From: Balamuthia mandrillaris
Lineage: Eukaryota
Direction of reading: 5' to 3'
Length of the DNA stretch: 64,000 nucleotides
Assembly (NCBI GenBank): GCA_031835245.2
Contig: JAVKOQ020000090.1
Coordinates: forward strand, 1 to 64,000
Shown: positions 23,656-37,684 of the stretch, piece after piece
How positions within the stretch are numbered: the stretch's first letter is position 1
How the letters are laid out: each line of letters opens with the position of its first letter
Notes under the pieces: generated by a model
Seen by the model: the letters and a program-made list of their open reading frames with translations, nothing else
Told to the model about the DNA's origin: nothing
Database searches by the model: none
Program-made: the position numbers and the translations under genes

Positions 23656-24297
23656 CGTTTCTTTCTGCTACACGAACCAAAACTTTCTCTCTCTCTTTTT
23701 TCAAAACAAAGGTCAAAACCAAGAAGAAGAAAAGGGTCGTAAAAGTAAAGAAAAATAATTAGGGAGGTAGTTAGGGTTTTTTGTTTCTTTCGTCTTCTTG
23801 TTTCAAACCCAAAACCTTTTCTTTTTCTGCGCCGTAGTGCACCACTTTGCCCTCTCCCCTTTTTCCTTCACTCCTCTCTCTTCTCGTAAATGAAAATCTT
23901 TTTTGTTGCCCCACTGCGGAGTTAAGCCAGGAGCAGCAGGAGATACTTGGGGGCCAGGTAACCTCCAACCGCAATTCAAACAGGTTGCTTAAGATCAACT
24001 CTGGTTCCCTAATAGATCTTCATGGACGAACGATCGAAGGCACCCCCTCTCTGTGCGCCTTCTTCTGATGCCCTTGTTGTTGGGTGCTGAGACAAAACAG
24101 AAACATAATTCCCAAATGAAAAAGAGGGAAGGGGAAAGAGAGAGGAGGCATTGGTAGGTAAAAGTTTGATTTTATGTACAGCTACCGCCTTTGTTATGTT
24201 GGTAAGCATTACAAGTCTAAGAGAACAGTAGTGTACAGCAGATACAAAAAACATAAAAACAAAAAATAAGGCGAGTGTGGGTTGTGCGAATCCATCC

Positions 24298-25000
24298 TTA
24301 GGCTTTGAGTGCCGCTGTTGTCATCGTCCCGTCGAAGTTGTGTCCTCAACGTAGAGGGCGAGGAATAGAAACGCGTGGCGTCATTGTTCTCTCGAGGGCT
24401 GCTCTACCGTTGCACTTTTTTTTGTTCAACCTTCAACGGTCCAAAATAAAAAGCCCGTCGTTCTAAACGTACAGTTATTATCCTCGTTCTCCTATCACCG
24501 AAACAGTTCCTCCTCATTTTTCCCCCTTCGAACCTCCTTCCTTTCCCTTTGTTCCTTCCGAATCCTTCGTTCATCCTATAATTTTTTTCTAACGTCCTCC
24601 TCGTTTCCTGTGTTGTTCGTTCGTTTTACTTGTTGGTCGAGTGACCAGCGTCGCGTCGACTGGCAGAAGGAACAGGGCAGAACCGCTCAGAGGGGGAGGA
24701 GGAAGGCGAAGGGTTGGGGTTGGTATTTTTGTTGTTGTTGGCCGTGAAAGAAGGGAGGTACGACCACAGGGAGAGATTGGAATTGGATCGGCTAGGGGGC
24801 CCAAAGAGGGCGGCATCTTTCTGGAAGGAGAAAGAGCTGGACCGTTTTTTGCCGCCGCCAGAGACAGGCATCTCTTCCAGGCAACGCGGTTTGGGAGAAG
24901 AGGGGCAAGCGTTGCTCATTGTGCGGCTACGAGGGCGGTGAGAAGGAGGAGAGAGTTTAGTGGGAGAGTCGGGAAGCAAGAAGAACAGATCGCCTTCCAT
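24298..25000 (-). CDS. Hypothetical Ser/Pro-rich protein (probably 2 exons)
   Basis: The ATG ORF 25000-24626 ends at a GT donor, with a plausible short second exon at ~24415-24298. No recognisable domain. Confidence 0.3.
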
Positions 25001-25804
25001 GGTGTCGGTTGTGTGTTAGAGTGCGTAGTGCGAGTCAACAAAAAAAAGTAAAACAAAATAAAAAAAACAACAAAGTTTAAAAGGGTGCGCGAGTGAAAGT
25101 GGCTGGCTTGTAGTGGAAGAAACAGAAGAAGCAAAGGGAGGTATGTGAAGCAGCACAAGCTCTTGGGGTCGCTGCGGCGAAGGGGGAACGGTCCTGACTG
25201 TCGGCTGGATACAAAAGCGAAAAAGAAAAAATGCGAGGCAAAAAAAAAATTCACCCTTTATGAACGCTGAAAAGGTACTTTAAATGATGGATTGTGACAA
25301 ACAAAGAAGGCCATTTTGTCGACTGCGGAGTGGACAGGATTGGTGGAAAAACTCCATACTCTTTCCTTTTGCCCCGGATTTTCCACCGACTCTCTGTGAA
25401 TTGACCCAATGGGCGGTTTATTACAGATTTCTTTGACTTTTTCGAGGGCTGGGACAACTTTGGACCACAAATGTCAACGCATGTTCCCCCATTTTCAACC
25501 CTCCAGCACCCCACCCGTTGTACCTCTTTCCCACAAGGCGGACCGTTGGTCCCTTCGGCCCTTTTTTTCCCCTCCCCCTTTGCTGCCTGCTTCACTATCT
25601 TGAGTTTTTTTTTCCGCAGTCCTTTTGGTTATGGTTTCTGCTGCTGGCACGACATCAGATAGCAGCTATCGACGAACAAGTGGCGCTATGGAAATTTGGT
25701 TTGCTGAGAAAAAAGAAGGAATGCTTCGCAGAAGGTGTTGTTTTCTTAAGTTGACCATCCCGGCCGTTACCCATTAGTTTGAAGCACATACAAGAAAGAA
25801 AAAC

Positions 25805-27092
25805 ATGTTGGGAGCAATGGAAGCGGTGGCGAAGCGGAAGACTGTGTTCAAGTCAGCGGTGGTGGTGATCCCTCCCCCTCAGCTTTGGGACGGCCCGCTG
25901 CAGGACATACGTCGGCAGCACGACAGGGGGTTCGTCCGGTGGATGCCTCACATCACCCTGCTCTTTCCCTTTGTGGAGGACCTCTACTTTGAGGAGGCCC
26001 AACAACGCTTGACCGCAGCTCTTTCCTCCATGAAGCCCTTCACGCTGCGTTTCCGCAAGTTTGACTTCTTTGAGCACAGCAAGAGCTATACCGTTTGGGC
26101 GCATCCTGAAGATGAGGTTTGGTTTCTACTCCCCCTTTGATGCACCTTTGCTCTTCGCCCTTCTTGTCTTCTTTTTCTTCGCTCTTGTTTTTCTTGCATC
26201 TTCTTTCTTTGCTCTTCTTTTGTTGTTCTCTTTCTTCTCTCTCTCACTTTGTGCTGTTTGGGTCTATAAACAGCCAGAAGGATCGTTGAAAGAACTGCAA
26301 AGGAAGATCGAAGAAGCGTATCCCTATTGCGACGCTCAGTCCACAAAATCCGACAAAGGCTTCACTGCTCACATGAGCGTAGGCCAGTTCAAGAAAAAGG
26401 TACTTGCTTTCACTCGTTGCGTTGCCTCGTGTGAACCCATGGACGATGCTTACCGATGTGCCTTTCTTCTTCTTCTCAGGCAGAAACGCTGCGCAAGATC
26501 AAAGAGTTTGAGAAGATTTGGGACGACTCGTTCGAGTTTGTCCTGAAGGAGGTTTATCTCATCAGCAGAACAGCGGATGACCCCTTCGAAGTGCGTTATG
26601 TGGTTCCTTTAGGAGAGGAAGGAGCACAGAGCCCTCCTCACTTTGAGTGCTCAGAGATTCCCGACAAAGAAAAAAAGTAAGTCCTCTTCATTCTTGCTTT
26701 GTGTATTTAGTCTCCTGTTGCTTGTTCTTTTCTCTCGTACTTCTTGTCCTTCTCGTTCTAGTAGTAAGGTCGTTTTTTTTCTCATCGTTTAACGTCGTTT
26801 CATTCTTTTGTCTCCTCTTTGTTTGGACAGATTGCAAGACCTGGAAAAGAGCAAACGGACGCTTTATGTGGGCAACCTTCCTTCCGAGACCACAGAAGAA
26901 GAGCTGCGAGACTTGTTCGCCTCCACCTTTTCCGTCCGCTCAGTGGACATCCCAAAGCGTGGCAATGACGGCCGCAGCAAATACTTTGGCTTTGTAGAGT
27001 TTGACAGCGAGGAGGAGAAAGAGCGGGCGATGAAAGAGATGAACCAAACCACCCTCAAGGATAGAACCATCACCTTGCAGAATGCTAACTAA
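25805..27092 (+). CDS. 2H phosphoesterase (LENG9/AKAP7/LigT-like) fused to a C-terminal RRM (4 exons)
   Basis: Two HxT/S motifs (WMPHITLLFPF; FTAHMSVGQF). RRM with RNP2 LYVGNLP and RNP1 KYFGFVEF. Confidence 0.88.
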
Positions 27093-27170
27093 GAAACACC
27101 TCTTTTAGTCCATGTAAACCAGTTCGTTATTAGTCCCTCTCTTCTTCCTCCTCTTCTCTTTCCTGTTCTT

Positions 27171-27279
<109 letters not shown>

Positions 27280-27542
27280 GTCTTTGGTTCTGGGAAGACT
27301 TTTCGTTGGGTTATTTGTGAAGGAGGATTTCGCACGAGGGGTGGGGGGAGTGGCTCCATCTTTCCTCGCCTTGCTTTGCGGTTTTCTCTCTGTTTTCCCT
27401 GTCTTCTATCCGGTGACCCAACCAAACATAAAGCCACAACACCACCAGAGAGGCTGCTTTTTTAAAAACAACAATCCACAAAGAGCACAAACGACTCACA
27501 CACTCAAAAGACAAGGTCTACCAATCTTATTTCATAGCTAAA

Positions 27543-27929
27543 ATGGAAGGACAGAGCCAGTTGGAGCAGAACAAGCCGAGGGAGCCCTCCGCCTTGGAGG
27601 ACCTGACCGTGCAGACCCCCAAGGGCAAAATCTACACCCAGTCGGTGGAGTCCCAACCCGCCCATCGAAAGGAGAATCCCTTCCCCAAGGACCCCATGAC
27701 CGCGGAGGAGAGGGACAAGTACGCCGAGTCGCTGCAGAAGAAGGCGGACGAGGAGAAGGACAAGAGCAAGACGCAAAAGGACCCCAAGTTCATCACGGAG
27801 ATGGAGGGCAAGGCGAGGTACCACCACTCGGCAGCTGCCGAGATGAGGGACCACAAGGGCGAGGACCAAGGACGACTGTTGGGGGACATGCAGCCCAACT
27901 CGCCGCGCCTCAGGGAACGCAACAAGTGA
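27543..27929 (+). CDS. Hypothetical hydrophilic protein (128 aa)
   Basis: ATG-initiated ORF with the GC3-rich codon usage seen in neighbouring genes. No domain recognised. Confidence 0.55.
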   Translation: MEGQSQLEQNKPREPSALEDLTVQTPKGKIYTQSVESQPAHRKENPFPKDPMTAEERDKYAESLQKKADEEKDKSKTQKDPKFITEMEGKARYHHSAAAEMRDHKGEDQGRLLGDMQPNSPRLRERNK

Positions 27930-28242
27930 ATGTCGACACGAATGCGTCTGTTTGCCCGTGTCGACTCGAAATGGTGAAAATTTTTGCGGACATAATCGAC
28001 GATAATAAAATCGAACGATAATTTGTTTTTGTTTTTTTTTTTTTGTTGAAATTACAAATTTTTTGAAATAAACGAAGAAAAAGAGAAAAGAAAGAAGTGG
28101 GCGCAGGGATTTCTGATTCTTTTTCTTGTTACGGTGAGCGAGGGAGCCAAACGTAACGACAACAAAAGCACGTCTCCTTCTGTTTTTTGCTCAAACGAAG
28201 AAGAAGAAAAGGGAAGGAGATATCTATTATTTTTTGAAAAAA

Positions 28243-28665
28243 ATGCTGGCGGAAAATAGTAGCGGCAGCGAAGAGAGTAAGGGACGACATCCAAAGGAGA
28301 AGCTCAGCCCTTACGTTCAGTTGCCATGCTGCCGCGGCCTTACCTACCAAAGCAGCCAAGAAGGGGAGGTTCTTCCTCTGTGGGATCTGATCGTGGAGAA
28401 GGTGCTGACGGCTGCCCTCACCACCCCGGAACAGCTGATTGCGGCGTTGATAGCGATACAGCACCTTAAAACGGAGGCACATAGCGAGACGATGCCTCCC
28501 TCGTTTGATGGGTTGCGCTTGTTCTTGAAGGAGCGGATGAGCGAGGAAGAGCGAGTCAGATTTTTCTCCTCCACTCTGCCGTTCCTGCAGCGGCTCGCTC
28601 TTCAGGTTTGTTTTCATTGTCTTTCGTTTGTCGTTTCTCTCTCCTCACTGCTCTCTCTTCTCGTA

Positions 28666-28707
<42 letters not shown>

Positions 28708-29150
28708 TGCTTCTCTTTTTCTCGTTCTGTGTTCTCAATTCGCATTTATTGTTAAACGACTTAAAGCTGCCAGAGCTTTTTCCTTCTCCGATCGCATTGC
28801 TGGTGGAAGGCGTTGAACAAACGGTTACACTCACCCGGCTGCAGATAGCCTCTCTCTTGGCGAACGCTTTCTTTTGTACGTTTCCTGTACAACGCTATGA
28901 GGCCCAACAATTTCCCTATTTCAACTTCAGCGGCAATCCTTCTGGTATGTTTTGCCTTTCTTCCATTTGTTTTCCTTTTTTTTAAGCCTGACAAAGTCAT
29001 CGAAGAGGAGTGCATGTCTTGTCTCTATGAGATAGTAGATGGCGAGTACGGTTCTCAGCAAAGCGAAAAGCTTCGAAGCATATTGCACTACTTTGAGCGG
29101 TTTAAGCAAGAACGTTCGTTACTTCTCTCTTCTCTTCATCATTGTTCTCT

Positions 29151-29182
<32 letters not shown>

Positions 29183-32100
29183 ATTTAGTGTTCTCATCTC
29201 TCACGAAATTATAGTGGAGTCTTGTAATGGATGGTCAACAAAAGACGGAGGAACGAATTCACTGGGAACCGTAACATACCACAGGCGCGTAATTCACCAG
29301 CAGCAACTGCCCGACTGGCAAATCTCCCAAACGCGGTTCACGGACGTAGAAGTGGCTGCGGTTGCTGGTTTTGAAAATAAGATCGAAGACGCGATTGGAA
29401 TGGCTCACGTTGACTTTGCAAACGAGTTCATTGGCGGTGGAGTTCTTCAAGAGGTTTGTTCAACGTTCTGTTTCTGTTTTATTTTCTTTAAAGCATATGT
29501 CCAAGTACTGAATTTGAGTTTCTTTTCTGTTCACTACTTCAGAGCGCAATACAAGAACAGATATTGATGATGATTCATCCGGAGTTGTTGGCAGCGATGT
29601 TGTTCACCGCCAAGTTAACCGAGTGGGAGAGTCTAGTGATCAAAGGAGCTCAACGTTATAGTAACTATCGTGGTTATGGTCCGTCCTTTACGTTTGATGG
29701 AGATTATGTCCTTCCTGCAAAACGTTCCAAACGGTTCGTTTCACTTTTACTTCATTTTTTGTTTTGTTTGCTCATTTTGTTATCCAAAGTGATGCAATGG
29801 GTCGGTTGGACACAGAGGTAATAGCTATTGACGCAGTTGACTTTCGAATGATAGAGAACGGAGAACATAAGCAGCAATATGAGATTCCGTTTCTTTTGCG
29901 AGATCTCAACAAAGCGTATGCTGGTTTCTCTGTTCCAGAAGAAGGCATCTACACAGCAACAAAAGCGCTGAAGCCAATTGCCACCGGCAACTGGGGTAAC
30001 TGTTACTTCTAATTTGTTTCTTTCTAGTTTATCTTCAATGAGGCTAGTTATCTCATTCTCTCCCCCCATTTTTGTTGAAACATTGATAGGTTGTGGCATC
30101 TTTAAAGGCGATCCACAGTTGAAAGCGATCATTCAAGTGATAGCAGCAGCACAATGCGGACGTTCTATCAAATATTTTGCTTTTGAGCAGAGCCAATTGC
30201 CTTCTCAGCTTCACTCTTTGTTATATTTGTTGAAACAAAAGCAAACAGCAATAGGTACATTCAAGTTTCATTTAAGTTGAAACATTTTGTTGTTCACACT
30301 TACAATTTTCATCGATGACCAGGCGATCTTATAACGTTGCTCAAAACGTATGGAGAGAATCGGACTTCCAACTCAGAGAGCGTGTTCGAGTTTTTAGCGT
30401 GGTCCCTTGCATTAAAAGATTTCATCGTACCTTCTCCTCAACGGGCAGGAAGAGACGAGGAGGATCAAAGCTATTTTGAGCCTCCTACGCTACATCTTGC
30501 TTCAACGAACGAGTCGACAACGTCGATTGAAGCATTCGAACGAAAAGTAAAAGAAGAAGAGGAAGTAAGAGAAGTGGATGAACACGAAAAGGAAGAAGAA
30601 ACAAAAACAGAAGCCAGAGGAGAAGACCAAACGAAAAATGAACGTGAGAGCAACAATACTTCTCATCACCTCAAGAAACGGCAACGAACAAAAGCAACTA
30701 AAGGAACGTTCATTCCACAAATAATGGACGAATTAGATACAGCTGGAGAGCGAAGGATCGAACGTGAAGCAGAGAAAGAAAGAGAAGTGCTTAGAGAGAT
30801 CGAATTAGAACAAGAACAAGAGCAAGAGCGGCGAAAGCTCGAACGAGAACGGAGACTACAGCAACAGCAACAACTAAGTGCAATGAGAGGACAAAAACAA
30901 ACCGGCTTTAGCTTAACTCGACGGATGAGTCTTTCTCTAAAGTCACCCCGTAAAGTCAATTTGAACAGCAACAATAATCAAAAACAAAAACGAATTGAGA
31001 TTTTCATGCCTGACACAGAAGACAAAGAACAAGAAACACCTTCTTCGTGCGAAATGGAGGCATTTCACAAAGAAGAATCATCGCCATCACCTTCCCCTTC
31101 TTCTCCTGGTTCTCCGTCTGCTTCTTCACCCTCTTCACCCTCCTCTCCCTCTTCATCTTCTTCCACCCCCATTGAAGCAACTGAAAGAGCGATTCCTGCT
31201 GTTACGATTGAAGCTACCAAAACGGAGCCTCAATTATCATCATCATCTTCCTCCTCTTCTTCATCATCACTTTCTTCCTTTTCTGTAAAACAAACCGTCC
31301 CATCGGTAGCATGGGAAGCTGCCAACAAAGGCGCCTTAACTCCTATTCCATTTTCCTCTGCCACTGTCACCAGCCCTCGCCTTGGCCATAGTAAAGACAG
31401 TGCCTTGAAATCATCCACTGCTTCTGTCTCTACTTCTACTCCAAACTTATCAGCATCAGATCCAGGACAAAGCTTCAAAACTTCTTCTTCTGATACTGTT
31501 CCCGTCAGGAAAGGAGCCGAACTGCAATATCAACACCAACAACAGAGCTATAACGCTAGCAACACGTCGACAGTACCAGTAACACCTACGAAAGGCAAAA
31601 CATTCTTCACTATGGCAGCCAACATATACAATACCTACAAAACTATTCACAATGAAGTTGTTCAAATACCAACGAAACATTCTGCTTCTCCATCACGTTC
31701 AGCTCATTCTTCCGTCGATTACTCTGGTTCCTCCCTCAACGCTGATGCATCAGAGATGCATAGCGATGGCTCTTCTTCCTCCTCCTCTTCAACAAGGCCA
31801 GGTTTTTGGAGAGGGAGTATAAGTAATAGAACCGAGCACTCGTCAGCAGATGTATCGCACGAAATGGAGGAATGGAGTACAACGTCTTCGTCTAACAAAG
31901 ATGGTGGTGCGGAAGAAAAAGAAAGCGAAGAATTCGATAACGGAAAGAAAGAACAAGATGAAAAGGCAGAGCTAGAGCGCGAATGGCATGTTGTTCGTAG
32001 AGAAAAGAAGAAAGGAGAAGAGATAGAGGATCAATATGGAGAAAGCAAAGAAGAGAGGAATACAGAACATAAGGAATATGAAGGAGAAGAAGAGGAGAAT

Positions 32101-33002
32101 GAATCGGTGCCTGGAGCTACGACGCGAATGTACATAGAAAAAGCGTATGCCGTTTCTTCCTTTTCTTTTTTTGTTTTCCTTATCTTTTTGCTTGTTAAAA
32201 AGCAATCTCAGACTTACGTTTGCTTACTTTTGGAAAATAGTATCAAAAGTTTCGAACTATTAACGCCTACTACAAGCAAACGAGATGAAGCATCTGAAAT
32301 GGAAGACATGGTGAGGTGGGAAGGAGAGCGAGATTCTTGTGGCTTTACTTATCAAAGTAAAGAACAATACTTGGCAGATAAAGCATACTCTCACATCATT
32401 AAGCACAATGCTCAACAGTGGCAAGGTATCGTATTACATCCTCTTCCTCTTCCTCTTCCTCTTCCTCTTCCTCTTCCTCTTCCTCTTCCTCTTCCTCTTC
32501 CTCTTCCTCTTCCTCTTCCTCTTCCTCTTCCTCTTCCTCTTCCTCTTCCTCTTCCTCCTCCTCTTCCTCTTCCTCTTCCTCTTCCTCTTCCTCTTCCTCT
32601 TCCTCTTCCTCTTCCTCTTCCTCTTCCTCTTCCTCTTCCTCTTCCTCTTCCTCTTCCTCTTCCTCTTTCTCTTCCTCTTGTATAGCATTTTTCATTTCTA
32701 ATCTCGTCTCACTTTAGCCTACTTGCGGAACAATAAGAATAGACTGTATACGACTACTGTCGCTTTCAAAAATTTAGTTCGAAGAGGCATTCCTATGAAC
32801 CGCAGGAGACAAGTACTGTATTTTGTTCAGTTTTTCCTCGGCTTCGTTGTATCTTACATTCATTAAAACCGGTATATGCAGGCATGGCTGCTGTGTTCCG
32901 GAGCAAGGCGGAAGATGGAACAAAACGAGGGCTACTACAAAAGTCTATTACGGCAGCATGAAACGGAACCATCTCCTTTTGCTGAGCAAATTGCTCTTGT
33001 AA

Positions 33003-33043
<41 letters not shown>

Positions 33044-34447
33044 CTCTCTTCTGTCATCTGTCTTCAATGTTTCCAACCAGTTTCCTTTTTTACAAACAAC
33101 GTATGTAGGATGCCCCAAGAACTTTTCCTGGACATCCTTACTTCGACGAAAAGGGTCAAGAAAAGCTCAAACGAATCTTGGTGGCCTATGCTATCAGGAA
33201 CCCTACGTACGTTATTATCTTTGAGTCTTTAAATTCTCTATCTAACAAAGATGATAAGTGTTGGTTATTGTCAGTCCATGAACTTCTTCACAGGGATGAT
33301 TCTGTTATTTATGAAAGAAGAAGAGGCCTTTTGGATGCTAGTTACAATCATGGGTTTGCTTTCGTTTCTCTCCCTCTCCCTCTGCCTCTCCCTCTCCCTC
33401 TGCCTCTCCCTCTTCTCAAATGAATTTGCTTCTCTATAGAGGATATTCTGCCACGGCATTACTTTGGGTAACTTCCTTTTATTTTTCTTGCTTCCGTTAA
33501 TTGTAACTCATTTCTTCTCTTTCTTCTATTTTATTATTCAGAGTAAATTTGTTGGGAGTTCAAATCGATCAGCTAGTGCTGCAGGACTTATTGTCCACAA
33601 AACTGACTGCGGTGGCCACTCACCTCCATCGTAATAACTTGTCACTTCCTCTTATTACGATGCAGTGGTTCAGTTGCTTGTTTGTCAAAGACCTTTGTCC
33701 AGAGGTATGTTCCATTCCCTTCTCTTTTCTCTATACTCTATTTTCCCTTTCTTAAAAAAAAAAAAAACCGATGTTTAACAAACATAACAGGCAGTACTTC
33801 GAGTATGGGACTGTTTATTCAACGAAGGGAACAAAGTGTTGTTCAGGGTTGGGTTAGCCATTCTCAAAATGCATAGTGCCGAGATCCTCAAGACCGACGA
33901 TTACCAGTCCCTGTTTGTCCTACTCAAGGGCATCCCAAAGCGACTCCACGATTATGACCAACTTATCAAGGTAGCTTTCCTATCCGAGTGAACACCATAA
34001 AAGAGTCATTTTTTCTTCTAACGTCGTGCGGAGCAACAGGTTGCATTTGACGGACTTGGTTCTTTTCCCAGGAAGAAGATTGCACGTCTGCGAAACCACT
34101 TTTATCCGCAAATCCTGGAAGAGTTCAACCGCCTTCAACAGATGCGTACAGCACTTTCCACCCCTACCACCTCTTCCTCTTCAACTACTCCTACCTCCTC
34201 TTCCACAACCATAAAGGCGGAAACAGCGACCTCTTCCTTATCTTCCACCACCACAACAACTTCCAACAATAACAGCGAAAAAGAAGAAGATGCAGCAGAG
34301 TCTCCTACATCCTCTCCACGCCAACGTCGTTCTTCATCCTATCGGTATCAACGACGGTCTCTCACGGATGCTGCTTCGTTGATCATGCCCGTCACACAAT
34401 CCTCTCTCTCCGACAGGCATGAGAGTCTTGAAAGTCTTCAAAACTGA
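28243..34447 (+). CDS. PARG (poly(ADP-ribose) glycohydrolase)-like domain, low-complexity linker and TBC Rab-GAP domain (multi-exon fusion)
   Basis: PARG motifs [44 protein letters not shown] and [17 protein letters not shown]. The phase-1 intron 30255-30322 joins in frame to the long ORF at 30337. TBC motifs [25 protein letters not shown] and LRVWD follow. Confidence 0.85.
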
Positions 34448-34540
34448 ATACACTTAGGGTAGTAAGACAAAACAGGATTTTATGTGCAATAGCGAAGTTT
34501 AAAAAGGAACAAGAGAGATGAGAGAAGCATTCGTTTTGGT

Positions 34541-37282
34541 TTAAGAGCGATGCTTCTTGGCAAAGAAGGAAAGCAGCTCCGGTCGTCTATCCTTCTTTCC
34601 TTGCAAGAAGAACAACAAGGGCACGCTCTCCACCCATAACATCACATAGATAACATGAAAGAAACCGGCCACGTAGAGCAGCATGCTCCTTGATACGGCG
34701 TTCGTGAAGCCAAAGAAGTAAAGCTCGATCCACAGGGTAGCAACGTTGAGGAAGAGAATGGCGAGACTGTTGCAGGCGCAGTTGGCGAGAAGGCCGCTTT
34801 GCTCCAACCAAAAGTACTTTTCGAAGGCCTCTTTGGCTTTGAATTGACGCAAAGGATGCTGCATAAATGTTGTTGGCGTTGAGAGAATTGGCGTTGTTGC
34901 TGATGCTCTTGTTGGTCCGGTTTCTTCATCCACTTGCTCAGGAACTGAAGTCGAAGAAGAAGAAGAAGAAGACAGGAAAGGATCGTCTTCCATCGTGATA
35001 TCCTCTTCCTTTTCCTTGTGTCTTGTTGAAACAAAGTCCGAAGCAGGCGAAGAGGGGAGCAGAATGCCCACCAAGTAGAAGTAATAGCAGTAGAGAGAGA
35101 AGGGCACCCAGAAGAGGAACAAGCTCCACTCCAAGTGAAGGAACCAACCAAAGAAAGGAGAGAGGTAGGGAGGGATGAGCTCTTTATCCTCCGCCCACAA
35201 GTAGTAATGAGGATAGAGCAAGCAGTAGGAAGCAAAGGCGATGCAGAGCAAGCTCGAGAAGAGGCTGTTGTTGGGAGAGTAATGGCGACGACCGCTTCCT
35301 CGGTTGCGATTGCCAAAGATAAAAAAGAGCAAAGGACCGACTATCGGAATCCATCGTATTCCTCGTTTCACTTGCTCCCAAACGGAACGTCTTTGCCAAC
35401 GAGAAGCGGGAGTATAGCGGAAGGAAGAAGGAGTGCCGAAGAAAGGAACGCGAGACAAGAAATTGGCAGCGAACCAGTGAGAGAAACGAGGTAATCCCCA
35501 TTCTTGCTGGCTAAGGAAGTAGATGAAACCAAAGACGAGCAGAGGGAAGAGCAAGGTTGGGATCTGTTGAAGGTTATCTTCGCGGAAGATACCAGGGCTC
35601 AGATCGCCAGTGAAAGCATGCCAGTAGCCAAACCATCCGTGGAAGGGATAAAGTCTCCATTGCCAAGGCTTGAAGGCACCGTTGAAGTGAACTATTTGTC
35701 TGTTGTTGTATGGTTTGCCAACAATAAGAATCGAGGAAGAAAAAGAAAACAGAAAAGAAATAACAAATAAGTAAATAAACGAAAAAAAGCAAGAAGAAAG
35801 TACATGTTCTTGTTGTAAGGCTCCAGTTTGGTCTCGTTGCCAATGAGTTGATGGATCCACTGGCCCCAACGCCAGTTGTAAGCTTTGGGAAGAGTCACAC
35901 ACCACAAGTCTCTCATCTCTTCCAGTTTGTTCTCATCGAAAGTCGGAGGATGGAATGGCTTCGATTGTGATCGCAACGCGGGAAGAGTTCCTGGTAACTT
36001 GCCTTCATTTACGCAGTAATGCATAAAGTATCTATATTTCATTTTTTTTTTGAAGGAGAATAGGAGAAGGTAAGACAAAAAGAAACTAGAAATGAAGCCA
36101 AAGAACAGTGAAAGACAAAAAAGGAGAGTGAGTGAGTACTTGTTCATAAGACCAGCTTCGGACTTGCCGTTGTGGCCAAGACGCTTGGCGGAAGCGAGCA
36201 AGTCGTTAAGGATAGCCTCCGATGGAGTAATCACCATTACTCCAGCATTGAAGTTGAAGAGAGAGGGATATGCTTTCTGTTATTTTTTTCAATGAGTTTC
36301 CAGTGGTCAGATATTTGCAAATGAAACCAAAACAAAAACACCAAACGAAAAAGCATACTCCAATTTGAGCACACATGCCCTTGCCACAGTTGAACAACGG
36401 GTCCAAGTTTTTAAGCACCACCACATCAGCATCCAAGAATATGAGTTTGTCATATCTGTTTTGTCATGTAAAGCGTTGAGGTTTAAAACAGGCAGAGAGA
36501 AGAGAGAGAAGCAGGGCAAAGAACAGAGACACGAGAGAACGAGAAAGAAACAAGAGGAAAGAGACAAGATAGAAAGAGATAAGAGACAGGGAGTTTGAGA
36601 CGGGGGAGAGGTTGAGAGAAGAGAGACGAGCGAGAGGCAGAGAGAGAGAAGAGAGCGACAAGACATACTCGGTAATGTTCCAAATGGCAAACTTGGTGAA
36701 GGTGGACCAGATGGTGAAGCTAGGGGCGTCCTCCTCCCTCGCGAAATAGGGGTTGGGGATGATGTCCACGGGGCGCACCAGCCAGCCGTCCCCTCGCAGC
36801 AGGTCCCTGTTCTTCTCCGACACGCCGTCCGTGACCACCATCACCATGTCCTTGGTGGAGCCGGAGCGACGGATGGAGGCGCCGAGGGCTCGCCCGCCGT
36901 AGACGTAGTTGTCGTTGGTCAGCATGGAGACGTAGGCCTCCCTGCGGGGTCTACTCGGCTGCAGCTGCTGAAGGGAGAGAACGGGCTCGGGAAGAGGGGA
37001 GAGCAAGAGGGGATCTTGCGGTTCATCTTCTTCCTGGAGAGGTTCGTGCGGTTCGGGCTCGAGGTCGAGGTCCAGATCCTGTTGTGGGGCGGCTTCGAGG
37101 TGCTGGTACTGGAGCTCGCGGTCGAGGGGGAGGAGGTGTTCGTCCTCGTCGTTGTTGAGGGGCTGGGAGAGGGAGGAGGGAAGGAGAGGGGAGAGGACGA
37201 GAAGGACAAGGACGAGAAGGAAGGGGGGAAGGGAATGCCGCCGGCTGGTGAAGGAGGAGGAGGCACCAGCGAAAAATGTCAT
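34541..37282 (-). CDS. GT8 glycogenin-like glycosyltransferase with signal peptide and C-terminal TM helices (plant PGSIP/IPUT1-like architecture)
   Basis: EAYVSML...ALGASIRRSGS, FTKFAIWNITEY, LDAD, FNAGVMVITPS and HFNGAFKPW. Hydrophobic C-terminal segments. Confidence 0.88.
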
Positions 37283-37684
37283 GGTCGTTTTCTTTTGCAG
37301 CAGATCGTTTGTCTTCTTTTTTTTTTCTGATTATTTTTTTTTTTCGGTGTCTTTTTTTTAAAAAAAAAAGTTTTGTTTGGGTGTGTGTGTGTGTGTGGCG
37401 TGTCTGAAAAGGTTGGAGGGAGAAAGGGGAGGGGGGGAAAAAAGAAAAAGAAAAGAAAGCAAGAGCCAAAGAAAACAGAGAGGAAGAGCGCGTAACTCTC
37501 TTTCTTTTTTGTTCCCTCTTTCCGCTGCGCCGCTCTTGGTTTTCGCTGGAAATGAATCGCTGGGGCAATTGTTTCGTGACGACACGAAATTTAATTAATC
37601 TAGAAGGGGAAGATGTTATCGTGACGACGCGAATGTTGTCCCAGGACGACGCGAAAACAGAAAAAAAGTAGCAGGAAGGAGGTT

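Noticed and set aside
32426..32717. (PL)n C-terminus of ORF 30337-32685
   Set aside because: It lies within a GT-AG intron; the protein continues into the TBC exons.
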